This document shows positions 24,731-37,405 of a DNA stretch of 64,000 bases, in pieces. This DNA comes from Rebecca billardiae RCC1528 (taxonomy: Eukaryota > Protista > Haptophyta). The position numbers and the translations under genes are program-made. Positions within the stretch are counted from its first letter, which is position 1; each line of letters begins with the position of its first letter. Where the stretch lies: the NCBI GenBank assembly GCA_965240325.2, contig OZ251228.1:2852001-2916000 (forward strand), read 5' to 3'. Under the pieces are notes generated by a model. That model ran no database searches and had not been told where the DNA came from. It was given only the letters and a program-made list of their open reading frames with translations.

Positions 24731-24888
24731 GCTGACGACTTCGATGCGCGCGCTCAGGCCGCCCTGCCTGATCAAGAGCGGCTTCCGATCCCCAAGATTC
24801 CGCGCCCGTTGCCCCTTTCTGCTTCGTTTCTCACAGCGGCAGCTACAGTTTACTATGATTTAACGTGCACACTAGGTTAAGGCGTGAT

Positions 24889-27053
24889 TAGGCCCTGGCT
24901 GATTGAGACCCAGCCGTTTCATCTCCGCGACGTCGATTTTCTGGCGACGCCGCGGAGCGGCTGGCACTTTCCAGTAGCGGCGGCTCTACAGCTCAGAGGC
25001 CGCCATCGTGCCGATGGCGAAGCGGCGCACGAAGCGGAACCTCGTCGAGCGAAGCCCCTCGCACGGAGGCGCGGGGGGCGCCAATGACGGCGCGCGCGCC
25101 GCCGCCGCGAATCGGAGCGGTCCGGATGGGTCTGGGCCGGCTGTCTCGCCTGGTGCGCGCCGCGTGCGCGCCGCGCTCACCGCACGCGCGCTGCTTGTTT
25201 GCACCCGGGTGGTTTTGGGCGCGACGGGCACATGTCGGGCAACAACAGCCGTATGACACACTTGGACACACTTTGACGCGTTGGGGGGGCTGGTGGGGGT
25301 CATGCTTGACACGGCCCATGTGGCACCTTTTTGGTTCTCTTTGGTTCTCGGCCGCAATCCGTCATCGCACTCACGCTGTGCGCATCTGGCCGCTCCCGTT
25401 ACGCCCCGCCGTCCGCGCACGCCAGGCGAGCTGGTGAGTGTCCTCAGCAGTTCAACGTGCACCAGTCCCATCTACTAGAATGGGCCGGGTGGAGCCCTCA
25501 TGGCAGCCTTTTCGCCAGATGAGTAGCATGCGCGCAGCGTTCACCGCGCAAGCATTGCGTTCGTTGCCACCCGGGATGGCTTGGCGGTTGCGACGGGCAC
25601 ATCGGTCGGGCGACAACAGCCGTATGACACACTTGGACACACTTTGACGCGCTGGGAGGGCTGGTGGGGGTCATACTTGACACGGCCCATGTGAAACCGG
25701 CTTGGTTTTGTTTGGTTCTCGGCCGCAATCTGTCGTCTCACTCATGCGGTGCACATCTGGCCAGTCAAGTCGGTTGAGGTGCCCCCATCTCGGCGTGCGG
25801 AGGGCAAGTCGATGAGCAGCATTCAGCAGGTGGTGGCGCGCCTCCCCCGCACGCCGGCATAGTAACCCCAGCCGCGCTACCCGCCGTTGACAAGCACCCT
25901 CGCCACGAGGACTTAAACGACGACGGACGAGGACGATACCGATTACCGGCGCGCGCGCGAAGATGAGTTGGATGCTGTGACTGTGAGTGTGACAACAACA
26001 GAAGCTACTGTAACTTGCTCAGCTCGATGCCACCGTCCCGGGCGTCGTCACGTCGGCCTACGAAGTGACATCTCGGCCGCCGTCCCTGCGTTGGGCCTGC
26101 TGCAAGAGCCAGCGAACAGGTAGCTTATCTGCGAGTGCCGCCGCCGCGAGGCGGTGCCTTTCTTGCGCTCTCCGCGCGACAGTCGGAGACCATCAGCTTG
26201 GATGGGCCGGGCGAAGCCTCGTGCTCGGCGCTTACGCCGCTTACGCCGCATGGGTGCCATACTCACCGTGCTCACACGGCACGGCTTGGTTATGCGTCGA
26301 CACTGGTCAGTCTGAAGAGTGACGCCGGGACAGTGCCCCTATACTGCAGTGACTCGTGCAGCTGCGCGTTCTGCCGCTGCGGGTGCTACTGTCAGCTGAA
26401 CACGGCCTCGTGACACAGCAGGACGCACTCTGAGACTCTGAAGCATGGGAGTAGGCGAAGCTGCCAAAGCTCCACCTATCTGCTTCTGCCGTGAACACGA
26501 GGAGCAGCCTGTGCAGCTTGGGCTCTCTCGACGTTCGACGTGCAACATCATGAGCATCATTGCAGCAAGTGCCTCACTGGCGCGGACGGGACTCACGACG
26601 ATCGCGCGTTTGCACGGCCCTCGCATGGCAGCCTGACGCGACAACGTGCTGGCTATCTACTGAGCCTACTGGAGCCGTGATCGCTCGGCTCGCCGGCGCG
26701 CGTGTGTCCACAGGAGTGCTCAAGCCGGCGCAGCGGGCCGTGGTGCCGTGAGACTGAGCGTACATGATGCGGCGTGAGCTGGCGTGAGGCTGTCAACATG
26801 GGTGGCATCAGCACAGGTGACAGCGCAGACAGGGACGGAACGCGTTACAGTGCGGACGGCGGAGGCGTAGGCGCTCGCGGGGGCGGCGACAGCGCGAGGG
26901 CAGGAGCGGGGACGGCGCAGCAGGGCCGAGGCGCCATGCTGGCTCCGGTGCGGCGGGCTTGAAACGGCCGGCCGCTTTTACTGGAAAGCGCCCGCCGCTC
27001 CGCGCCAGCGCGGAGCTCGTCAGAAAAGGCGGGGTCTCAACCCGCCAGGATTA
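24889..27053 (+). mobile_element. Decayed TIR transposon, hAT-like
   Basis: Degenerate inverted ends: 24889-24985 (cctggctgattgagaccc...gcggagcggctggcactttccagta) versus 26965-27053 (tactggaaagcgcccgccgctccgcg...gggtctcaacccgccagga). Internal broken frames include GCHTHRAH (hAT CxxH-like) and EPTGAVIARLAGARVST. No TSD recognised. Confidence 0.5.
25176..25763 (+). repeat. Two ~220-bp diverged direct repeats (25176-25391 and 25541-25763), intron-like
   Basis: Both contain acaacagccgtatgacacacttggacacactttgacgcg and tttggttctcggccgcaatc...catctggcc. Confidence 0.9.
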
Positions 27054-28025
27054 GGCCCAGGACCTTCGACCTCGTCTCGTCAGCAACAATGGCGTCCGCG
27101 GGAACGAGAGGCACTTGGCCCGCCTGCGGCCACCCTGCGCGGCTCGGCTGACGGTCTACGCATCTCGGCGCTCCTGGCCGATGCCGGAAACACGGCTAGA
27201 GCCCGACGCGGCCAGTGTTGCCCGTACGGACTGCGGGCGCTGTCATTCCGGCTTCAAACCAACGGCTGCAATGCCGCCGCTGCCCGACCGGTGCTGCGGC
27301 CGGCCGCCTTAGGGCGTAACTTAGGCTTAGCCGCGGACGAGGCGGCCAGGCGGAGTAGGCGGACGATCACAATGGCGGCGTGGAATGACATCGGTGAGCC
27401 GCAGTCGGCAGTGGATCGTCAGTGACGACCCACAGGGCGCAAAATCGCGCGACACGCCGGCACGCCGCACGGGCCGCGCGTCTAACCGCGTGAGACCAGA
27501 CGATTAATTATTTAATAACTAATAGATTATCGAATACATGCTGACGATGATTGTTATAAACGTCGCGCTGGACGGAGCTGCTGATGCTGATCGAGCCTCG
27601 AGGCCGTCGAGGCGCGCCGAACAGGAGGCACGACGGACACGCCCGTCTGACTCCGACACACCCGCCTGCTGACACATCCACTGTGGCAGAGAGGGTCGTC
27701 GTCCAGGGCAAAGCCGGCACGGCCGGTGCGCAGCGGGACTGAGGGTGGAGCGGGCGCAGGCAGAAAGAGCGCCTGGGCTGCTCATGCTGATGCTGTGCAG
27801 AGGCAGAGGCAGACACGCGGCTCAGCGTGTCGTGAGCCTCGCCAGAGACGTGGCTGGCAGGTGGCTTTGTCGCCGTGGCGCGGACCGAGCGGCGGCGCGT
27901 GAGCCTCTGCAGGGGCCGGGGCCCTCTGCAGGGGCCGGGGGCCTCGGCTCCGCGCGGCAGCGGGGCGCAGGGCAGAGCGCCGCCCTGGCCCGGCCGCGCG
28001 CCCCGAGCTGGGGCGCAGCGCCAGC

Positions 28026-30677
28026 TCAGCGAAGCGCGGGCGCTGGGCTGGCGCTGCGGCACAGCATGGCGAGCGCGCTCGCGGCGGCGCAGTCATCCTC
28101 TGACCGGCCCGCGGCCGCCGCCATCATTGCCGCAAACTCGGCGGCCGCGTCGCCGAGTGCGGGCTGCTGCTGCTGCTCCCCCTCGTGCTGCTGCTCGGCA
28201 GAGTGCGCGCGCAGCCCGTCGTGCGCGTGCAGCACGTCCTCGCTGTGCACGCCGCTGTGCACGCCGCTGTGAGGCCCGGCGCTGTGCGCGCCGCCCTCCT
28301 CCCAGCCCCAGCTCGGCGTCCACGGCGCGTCCTGCGGCCACTCGCCGTACCCGCCGTACCCGCCGTACCCACATTCGTACTCGGGCGCGTAGCCGTCATA
28401 CTGATGGGAGGGGGTGGCGCGCCCGGCCGGGCTGCTGAGCGCGGGCGAGCAGCGCTGCGCCTTTGCGCCGCCGCGGCCCGCGCCGCCCTCGGCGGCCGCG
28501 CGCCGGTACCGCCGCCCTCCGCCGCCGCGCCCCTTCCCGTCCAGCGCGCCCGCGTCCCCCGCCAGTGCGCGCCGCTCCACCTCCTCCGCCTCGGTGGGCG
28601 CGGCCTTGCGCGAGCGCGCGCGCGGCGCGGGCGAGGGCGTGGGCGTGCCCACGATGGCGGGCGGCGGGGGCGGCGAGGCGGGCGTGCTGCGCGCGCGTGC
28701 GGTGCACGGGCTGTGCAGCTCGCCCACGCCCACGCCGCCGCCCACCGCGCCCGCCGCAGACTCCTGCCGGCCGACCGGCGGCGGCGGCACGGCGGTCGGC
28801 GCGCGGCCCGAGCCCACACGCGCGGGGCCGGGGCGGGGGGCGCTCGACCACGCCGCCTGCGCGTGAGAGGAGTGGTGCGCGCCGGCTGGCGCGGGGCGGC
28901 GCGGCGTGCGGAGGGGAGGGGCGCGACGGGCGGCCGAGCGGGCGGTGAGCGGGGCTGCGCCCGGCGCACGCTGGGCTGGGCGCAGGCGCCTGGCGCTGTG
29001 GCCCACGCTGGGCGCAGGCGCCTGGCGCTGTGGCCCACGCTGGGCGCTGGGGCCTGGCGCGCCCGCGGGCGCGCGGCGGCGCAGGCCGGCGCTCGAGCTG
29101 CTCTCGAGCCGAGCCGCGCCGCGCGGCGCGGCGCGGCGCGGGCGCGGCGGCGCGCGGCGGCGCGCGGCGGCGCGCGGCGCGGCGAGCGCACCCTCTGTCG
29201 AGCCCTTGGGCGATTCCGCCTCCGGCAGCACAGCCGCGCCCAGCACAGCCGCGCCCGCATCGCGCTGCGCTTCCGTGCTGTGCGCCGCGCCGTGCGCGCG
29301 AGGCGCGGCCGCCGCTGCCGTAGGCGCGGGCCAGCCTGCGCGCCGCAGCGCGCGTGCCGCAGCCGCGCGTGCCGCAGCGGGAGAGGCGCGGGGCGGCGGT
29401 GCGCGCTCTCAGCCGCGCGCGCGCCGGCGTGCGCGGTGCGTACTGTGCGTGGGCGTGCGCGCACGCGCCTCGCGCGCCGGCCCAGCCCGCCGCTCGCGCG
29501 CCCGGCCGGGCTGCTTGCACCGTCCGCACGCCCCACTCCCCCACGGCCCTCCGCAGTGCTGCGAGGGCCGCGCCGCGCAGGCAGCCTGGCCGGGGCAGGC
29601 CGCTCACCGCCCGCGGCTGCCCGCGCGCCGCGAGAGGCCACATGCGGCCTCCCCCCCCCTCCCTGGCGGCCATGAAAGAACCTGGCCGCGGGGGCGCGCC
29701 GCGTGCGCCCCCCCGCCCTCCCGGCTGGACGGCAGCGCCGGTGTGACGTCCGCAGATGCGGCGCCGGCAGCCATGGCTCTCGGCTGCCGGCGGACCGCCC
29801 GCGTGCGCGCCGAGGCGCGCCGCGGGGTGCGAACGGCCGCGCGGCCGCGCGCGTGCCCGCGCGCGCCCGCGCGCGCCCCTGCTGTGGGGTGCCCAACAGC
29901 TGTCAGCGCACACACGGCTCAGCGTGCTCAGCCCTGGTGAGCCACCCGGCGGGGGTGGGGCGCGAAGGTGCAGGGGTGCAGAGGAGGGCACGCGCAGAGC
30001 TCCCGCACGCCGCGCCCACGCCGTGCGCGCACCTGCGCCGTCGTCGGCGCCACCGTCTGCGCGCGGCGCAGCGCTCGGGTGGGTGCCAGCGCGCTGCGCC
30101 GCCGAATCGAGCGCTGCGCCCGCGCGGCGTGAGGCCCTCGTGGCGTTGGGCGTGGGCGTGGGCGCGCATGCGCCGGCGGCCTCGTGCCCGGCACCCTCCG
30201 ACGGGTGCGAGCTCGCGTCGTCCACCGCCGCGCCGCGCGCGCCCACCCCGCCCGTCGGCACGGCGCCGAGCGCGCGCGGCGCCGAGCCCGGCGGCCGAGG
30301 CGGGCGGATGATGACGAGGGGCCTGCGCGCTGGCTCTCGCAGCTGGGCGATGGGCGCCCAGCCGGGCGAGTCGAGCATGGCGAGGCCGTCGCGCACGCGC
30401 TTGCGCGCGCCGTCGCCCGCGGAGGCCGACGGGGCGCGGAGGATCGGCGGCAGGCCGGGCGGCAGCTGAGGCGCGCCCGCCGAGTGCCCGGCGCACGCAG
30501 CCGCGCTGCACGGCGTGGCCGCGACGGACGGCGCGCGGCTGGACGAGTCGAGCCGAGCCGCGAAGCGCTTAATTAGGTCGATCGGCCGCGGGCTGCTCTC
30601 CGCCGCCGACTGCCCGGCGGCCTCCAGCCCCGCGCTGTCGCGAGAGCCGGGCGCACGCGGGCTGCCGCCGGCCGGGA

Positions 30678-30713
<36 letters not shown>

Positions 30714-30810
30714 ACTCGGTGCCGGGCCCGTCGGCGGGCGTGTGGACGCCGGGCGGGCGAAAGACCACGCCTATGGGCGGGGTGACGATCTGTCCCGTGT
30801 CCGCGCTCAT
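28026..30810 (-). CDS. Hypothetical low-complexity protein, probably spliced; exon structure unresolved
   Basis: Coding-like start MSADTGQIVTPPIGVVFRPP and coding-like 3' part (..YDGYAPEYECGYGGYGGYGEW..EFAAMMAAAAG..). No domain recognised. Confidence 0.35.
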
Positions 30811-31213
30811 GGCTCCGCCTCCAGACCTGCGCGCACGCGGCGCACGCGCGAGCGCGGCGCGCCGGGCACGCATCAGCCGCGCGTGCGCAGAGTGATGCGC
30901 GCAGCGGCGAGCGGACGTCGCCGCGCGTTTGGGAGGGGTGCAGCGCCGCGTGCGCGCACCCCCGGTACTCGCCGCCACTCCCAGCTCCCCGGCGCGGGCG
31001 GCCTGCGCCCGGGGAGCTGGCGCTGCGGTGCGCACGAGCCCCGAGTGGGGATTCGTATCGCGCAATTCGAAGAACTCGAGTTGCTGCCGTCGCCGGGCCA
31101 GCCGATCTGAACAGCAGGGCGCCGGCCGTGAGAATCGTCAAAAACCACGCCACGTCCGGCCGCGGCCGGACAGCCTCGTGATGCCCAAATTGATTGCTCC
31201 GACGGCCGACAGC

Positions 31214-32230
31214 ATGGCACCCGCCCTTCGGGCGCTCGCGCTACTGGCGGCGGCTTCAGCGTCGTCAGCGGGCGCGAGGACGCCTCACGCCGTGGGGCGG
31301 ATCGGGCTTGCGCGCGCGTGTGGGCTCCACGCTCCTGCGCGCCGGCGATGTGCCGTCGCCATGCCCGCCGACCCCGCGGATGACGGCGACGTGCGCTGGC
31401 GGCTCGCCAAGGTGCGCGCCAGGCGCTCCGAGGACGGCCGCGTGGAGGAGCGGCTTGAGCTTGGCGCCTCGAGCAGCGACTACGAGGTGGCTGAGCTGAG
31501 CGTGACGCTCCCCACGCAGCCCCGACTCGGCATCGAGCTGGTCGAGCTCGAGGGGACGGCGATCGTGGAGGCCGAAGGCAAGCCCTCAACCCAAGCCCTC
31601 ACGGTGGTGCGCTCGCTCGTCGAGGGCGGGAACGCGTGGAGGCGCGCCGCGGACGAGGCGGCGGCCAGCGAGCTCGGCGCGATCGCGCCCGGCGACGTGA
31701 TCGTCGCCGTCGGCAGCGGCGACGGCGACGTGCTGGGCACCGAGCTGCTCGGGTACGACGCGCTCTCCGACGCGATCGCGAGCGTCGCCGCGGGCGCGGC
31801 TGAGCTCGTGCTCGTGGTCAAGCGGCTCGTGCGGCGGAAGCGGGCGCTCGTGACGGCGGTGCTCCCCTCGGGCGAGGAGCGGAACCTCACCTTCTACGAC
31901 GGCGAGAATCTGCGCCTCGCGCTCATCCGCCGCGGGCTCACCGAGAGCGTGAACGACAAGACGGCCGAGCGGTACGACAACAAGCCCGCTGGCTCTGGCA
32001 ACTGCGGCGGCCAGGGCATCTGCGCGACGTGCGTGGTGGGCGTGCTTGCGGGCGCAGAGCACCTGACGCCGCGCACGCCGACCGAGAACCAGCTCCTGCG
32101 CAACGTGGCACGCTGGCGCATGAGCTGTCGCGCGCGCATCGCGCTCCCAGCGGACGCGACCGACGTGGACATGCGCATCGAGCTTGCGCCGCGTGCTGCG
32201 AAAAGATCGTCGACGGACAGTACCCGGTAG
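31214..32230 (+). CDS. PDZ domain plus 2Fe-2S ferredoxin fusion, likely plastid-targeted
   Basis: Signal-like MAPALRALALLAAASA. PDZ motifs LGIELVE..VRSLVEGGNA..IAPGDVIVAV..LVVKR. Ferredoxin motifs GENLR..NCGGQGICATCVV..WRMSC. Confidence 0.85.
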   Translation: MAPALRALALLAAASASSAGARTPHAVGRIGLARACGLHAPARRRCAVAMPADPADDGDVRWRLAKVRARRSEDGRVEERLELGASSSDYEVAELSVTLPTQPRLGIELVELEGTAIVEAEGKPSTQALTVVRSLVEGGNAWRRAADEAAASELGAIAPGDVIVAVGSGDGDVLGTELLGYDALSDAIASVAAGAAELVLVVKRLVRRKRALVTAVLPSGEERNLTFYDGENLRLALIRRGLTESVNDKTAERYDNKPAGSGNCGGQGICATCVVGVLAGAEHLTPRTPTENQLLRNVARWRMSCRARIALPADATDVDMRIELAPRAAKRSSTDSTR

Positions 32231-32302
32231 CCTACGTATACTACTACACATTATCAGCAGACATCATCATCATCGTCAAATCGCGCGTCGTCGTCAATTA
32301 TT

Positions 32303-35269
32303 TTAATAATGGTCAGATATGTCATTGTCGTACTCGGTGTCGTCTGCTTCGGCGTGGACGAGCAGCACGCCACTCTGCGACGTCCTTGTTGACGATGTGC
32401 GGCCGACAGCACGCATGCTGCCCCTGCTCGTCATGGTCACTCCCAGCGCGGACGGCGATAATGATGATGCCGCGATGGTGGGGGGCAGGGCGGTCGCCAC
32501 CTCCTCCGCGCCGCCCTCTGGGATGGCGTGCTCGCCACCTTCGTCCAGCACGCTCATCGTCGACCGCCTCTGCTTACGACGCCTGCGTGAGGGCGTCGTG
32601 CCGCCGGGCGAGAGTGGGATCACTGCCGCGCCGGCCGCCGGTGCGATGTCTGGACCGCCGGCGTCAGGGCGCGGCGCGGCTGTCGAATCGAGTGCGCCTC
32701 GCTCATCTTGCTCTGCGGAAGGATTGTCGCCATCGCTGATGGAGATTGCTGGGTGTCGCGTCGGCGGTTGGGAGATTTGTGGCAGTGCGGGCTGACTGCG
32801 CTGCGCCTGCTCGTGCCGCGGAGCGCGCTGTGGGGCTGCGTTCTCGGCACGCTGCTGAGCACCGGCACGCACTGGGTGCGGGCGGATGGCTGGCAGTAAG
32901 GACGCGAGCGGCCGCATCGGTGTCTGCGCTGGCCGCTGCAGCTCCAAATTGCCCTTGCGCTCACGCCGTCGCTCAGCTTCGGCCGCGACAAAGTTGAAGG
33001 TGCCGTTGTCACCGACATTCGCAGAGCGCTTGATCGCCACGTTCATCCGCGCGCCCTGCCGCTTGGCGATCGTCTCGTTGAGCCGCTCTTGCATCACCTC
33101 GCCGGCCGTGTCGATCTTGAGCAGCTTCTTGTTCCCAATCCCTTTGACGAGCGACGAGATCCAATCCTCGTCGTAGGTCTTCAGCTTGTTGATCTTGGCG
33201 AGTGCCGCGTTCGACTCGTCGAACCGGCTGCGCAAGTCGGGGATGATGACGAGCAGCCGATCGAAACTCATCGACTTGAGCGAGAGGGCGATGGTCGTCT
33301 CCTTGGCGACAATCGACGCGCCGCGGGGCTTGTTGTCAAAGATGGCCATCTCGCCAAAGTACGATGCCTGCGACCCCGCGACGATCGTGCCCACCTCGAC
33401 GAACTTGCTCATCTCCTCGGAATCCGACCCCCGACGGCCGCCGCGCGAGGTGCGGCGCGAGCGCGCACGCTGGGCAGGCGACTTGAACGCCGCCGCGCCG
33501 CCGGTCATCGTCTCGATCACGGCGGCCACCTTGCCCTTGAGCAGCAGGTAGAAGGCGTCCCCGGGCGCGCCCTGCTCGATGATCACGGTCTCGGGCGGGT
33601 ACATCTCGAGCGTGAGGATCGGCGCCATCTGCCAGAGCATCGATCGTGGGAGCTCGCCGAAGAAGCGCATCGTGCCGAGCAGCCACACGTGCAGGACGCG
33701 CTTCATCTCAGTGGCCGTGGCCTCCGGCAGCGCGTCGACGTGTATGCTCAGCAGCAGCACGGGCTCGATCACCTTCACGGTCGCGAGGCGCGTCGGTGCA
33801 TCCGCGCACGCATCCTGCCAGGCCGCGGCGAGGGGGTGAGGGAGGAGCGCGTGTTACGATGATGACGGTGTCGCGGTGTGGTGGCGGGTATGTTCTCTCT
33901 CGCTCTCGCGCGCGCGAGTGGGCGCGCACACCAGCCCGATCAGGACGGGCCCTGCCCCGCCATCTTCGGCATAGTTCGGCCGCGAGAGCTCCTTGCCCAT
34001 GCCGTCAAAGTAGGTGACGTGCGCGATACCGTCCAGCACCAAGTGCACGTGCTGCGCCACGCTGCCTTGCCGGTAGATCGTGGTGTACCGCGCGTGGCGC
34101 TCGATCGTGCCCTGATGCAGCACGCGCAGCACGTCCTGCTGCTGAAGCATCTGGAACGCGTGCTCGCGCTCGTGCAACTGCTCCGCGACAGCCTCGAGCG
34201 TCATTCGGTGCACCTCCGGGAACCCGCCCAAGTGCTGCACCGCCTGGCCACGGACTCGGTGCTGCGAGCTGGTGCCGCCCTCCGGCGCGGGCGCGAGCTT
34301 GTATGCCTCGAAGCTGCCGGTCGCCGCCTGCGCTTGCAGCTTCGAGACAGTCGAAAGGAGCTCCTCCATGGCGCCGTCCCACTGCATGCCCCTCGCCGAG
34401 TACTCGTCCTCAAGTCGCTGCAGCCGCTGTGACATCTGCGCGCCGTACAGCGCAGTGAACTGCGCGACGTACGAATGGAGGCTCAGGTGCTGCGTCCGAA
34501 GTTCAGCATCGGCGCCCTGCTCCTCGTCTGGGTCATTGGTGTCCGTGTACTCCATCGCCGGCGGCGCGAGGGCGCCCTCCGCTTTCGCGCCAGCAGTTGC
34601 GCCGCCGACAGGCTCTGCCGCGCCAGCTTTCGGCCCCACCTGCCCACCATCCGACACAGGGTGCCCCTTGGCCGGCAGCACCACCTCGCCCGCGCGCTGG
34701 TGAGAAGCCCCCTCAGTCGAGGCCTCGCCCTCGCGCTCGTGCTCAGAGTCCTCCGGACCACGCCGCCGGCGCGCCGCGGCTACCTCCTTCTGCCTTCTCG
34801 TTGCCTGCTCGGCCGCTTCTGCCTCGGCGACTTCGGCCGCTGCCTTCGTGATCGCCTCCTGATTCGACCTGAAGCGCCGAAGCATGTTGTGCTGGTCTTC
34901 GAAGCCGCTGAGCAGGTGCGAGGCTTTGGCTGCCGCAAGGTGCTGCCCGGCCATGTGGCCAGCCGGCGGCGCCATCGACGGCGGCTCGTAGCCGGGGATG
35001 TCACTGGGCTCGAATCCGCGCACCAGCTCGTACCGGTGCGCAGGGTTCGCCTCCTGGTTCATCTCGTCCTCTGCCGGGTTGGTGCTGCTGCGCGTGTGCA
35101 GGAACTCTGCGGCCGTCAGCCGCCCGCCGCGCGCTCTGACGACCGGCCGGCCCGCCAGATGGGCTTGGCGCCGCGGCGAAAGCACGGGCTCCCTCGGGAT
35201 CGTGAATGCCCCCGGGCTGCCGCGCTGCGCGTGGCTGGCCGTCGGATGCGACATCCGCACGGCGCTCAT
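32303..35269 (-). CDS. Protein with two cyclic-nucleotide-binding domains; intron ~33815-33931
   Basis: IYRQGSVAQHVHLVLDG...(splice)DAPTRLATVKV and IIEQGAPGDAFYLLLKGKV...YFGEMAIFDNKPRGASIVAK. Confidence 0.85.
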
Positions 35270-35446
35270 TGCACCGCAGCTCCTGGCGGCCCCTCGCGCC
35301 CGCAGAAACCCCTCGGTAGATCCGAGTGCAGAAGCATAAACGGAACCAGTCTGATTGGAGCGAGGAAACGGTATCATCACCTGATTATTTCCCCACCCCC
35401 GCCATTTGTAACCGCCTCTCATCACTCTCAGCCGATGGGAGTCACG

Positions 35447-35773
35447 ATGGCGACGCCTTCCGCGATCACGGTGAAGCTCGCCTCTGACGTAGCTGGATCG
35501 GCTAAAGTATCGCTGTACCTGTGCGACAATGCGCTCGCAGACGCGTCGGCGGCGCAGGCCGCGTCCGGTCAGGCGCAGCTGACCGGCAGCGGGCCAGCGA
35601 CCGTCGAGCTCATCCCGGATCCAGATACCAAGCAGCACGGCAAGAGCTACTCGGAGATGATCGAGCCCAGCTACTACGTGTCGATCGGAGACGGCGATCT
35701 CTTCGCGCCACCGATCTTCGACGTCAAGCCTGGCGAGACGGTGGAGATGTCGCTCAAAAAGCGCTCGGCCTGA
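35447..35773 (+). CDS. Small hypothetical protein (~108 aa), divergent from the cNMP gene
   Basis: MATPSAITVKLASD...FDVKPGETVEMSLKKRSA has globular-type composition and GC3 bias; an alternative ATG lies at 35435. Confidence 0.6.
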   Translation: MATPSAITVKLASDVAGSAKVSLYLCDNALADASAAQAASGQAQLTGSGPATVELIPDPDTKQHGKSYSEMIEPSYYVSIGDGDLFAPPIFDVKPGETVEMSLKKRSA

Positions 35774-36043
35774 ATCCGAAGCAGGCATGCAGCCGACCGG
35801 CTGCTGCCACTACGTTCCGTAATCGCAGGCCCCGGGTTTGCCGCGGGCCGCACGGTGTCCGTCGGCCTGACGCCTTCATGGACCGCGTACGCAGGTACAC
35901 GTGTCACATATATTTGTACTGCGATGTAGCCGGCGCCCGGCCTTCGGCGGATCGTCACTATGATGCGCGCTATGTAGTTAGTATCTAAGTCACAGTCGTC
36001 ATACTATTACTAACTGTGCCAGCGATCCGGACCGGTAATTACT

Positions 36044-36047
<4 letters not shown>

Positions 36048-36111
<64 letters not shown>
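36048..36111. repeat. (TA)n microsatellite
   Basis: Read directly from the sequence. Confidence 0.97.
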
Positions 36112-36113
<2 letters not shown>

Positions 36114-36316
36114 GATTATATCGCGGGCAATAACGGGCTCGGCCACTCGGTTGCCAGTTATTGGTTATGCTGCCGCGGAGCGAGGCCGCACAGCGAGCGA
36201 GCGGGGCCCAGCAACCTCGTCCGTGTCACTCATCGGCTCACTGAGAGTTGACGGCCGCTCACCGTAGTCACCGTCCTTGCTCATCGCTATGGACGGTGCT
36301 GCTCGGGCTCGTACCG

Positions 36317-37405
36317 TCACCCCGTAGGCCGTACCCGCCTGGCCATCACCACGGGTCGTGCACGCGACGGCGTCGTTACGACGCTGGCTGTGACCAGCGG
36401 CGGCAGCTGCGACGGCCGCCGCGCTGCCACAACGTCCGAGGCAGTGGCTGTGCTGCTGGTGCGCTTCCGCTGTCGCTTGGCGGCGCTCACTTCTTTGGTG
36501 CTCACGACTTGCTCCAGCCCGCGCTTGTGCGCACAACTCCGACGGCGCTTCATACCGGCCAGCTTGTGCGTAGCGCACCGGCTGGCACGCGCATCGTCGG
36601 GCATGCCGAACGCAGGCCGCGTGGTGCAGCCGGTGTGATCGCACTTGGGGTTCCTCACGTCGACCATGCCGGCCAGCTTGTGCGGAGCGCACCGGCTGGC
36701 GCGCGCGTCGCCCGGCATGCCGAACGAAGGCAGGGTGGTGCAGCCGGTGTGATCACACTTGCGGCTCACCACATCGACCATGCCGGCCAGCTTGTGCGTA
36801 GCGCACCGGCTGGCGCGCGCGTCGCCCGGCATGCCGAAGTAAGGCACCTTGGTGCAGCCTGCGTGATCACACTTTGGGCTCCTCACGTCGACCATGCCAG
36901 CCAGCTTGTGCGTGGCGCACCGGCTGGCGCGTGCGTCACCCGGCATGCCGAACGAAGGCCCCTTGGTGCAGCCGGTGTGATCACACTTGGGGCTCCTCAC
37001 GTCGACCATGCCGGCCAGCTTGTGCGTAGCGCACCGGCTGGCGCGCGCGTCGCCCGGCATGCCGAACGAAGGCCGCGTGGTGCAGCCGGTGTGATCACAC
37101 TTGGGGTGCCTCGCGTCGACCATGCCGGCCAGCTTGTGCTCAGCACACCGGCTGGCGCGCGAGTCACCCGGCATGCCGAACGCAGGCACCTTGGTGCAGC
37201 CGGTGTGATCACACTTGCGGCTCTTCACGTCGACCATGCCGTCCAGCTTGTGCGCAGCGCACCGGCTGGCGCGCGAGTCGCCCGGCATGCCGAAGTGAGG
37301 CCGCGTGGTGCAGCCGGTGTGATCACACTTGCGGCTCTTCCGGTTGACCATGCCGGCCAGCTCGTTGCGCAGCCTCTTGGCGTGCTCTTGGTTGCCCTGC
37401 GCGTG
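36317..37405 (-). CDS. Second EsV-1-7 repeat protein, 7 x 38-aa repeats (array ~36551-37345); 5' end apparently interrupted at 37406
   Basis: Same C-x4-C-x16-C-x2-H repeat as the 19550 copy. Basic tail KRRRS..KRQRKR; shares PLV...S(I/V)V and PVVMARR with copy 1. Confidence 0.8.
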   Translation of the reverse strand, partial: HAQGNQEHAKRLRNELAGMVNRKSRKCDHTGCTTRPHFGMPGDSRASRCAAHKLDGMVDVKSRKCDHTGCTKVPAFGMPGDSRASRCAEHKLAGMVDARHPKCDHTGCTTRPSFGMPGDARASRCATHKLAGMVDVRSPKCDHTGCTKGPSFGMPGDARASRCATHKLAGMVDVRSPKCDHAGCTKVPYFGMPGDARASRCATHKLAGMVDVVSRKCDHTGCTTLPSFGMPGDARASRCAPHKLAGMVDVRNPKCDHTGCTTRPAFGMPDDARASRCATHKLAGMKRRRSCAHKRGLEQVVSTKEVSAAKRQRKRTSSTATASDVVAARRPSQLPPLVTASVVTTPSRARPVVMARRVRPTG

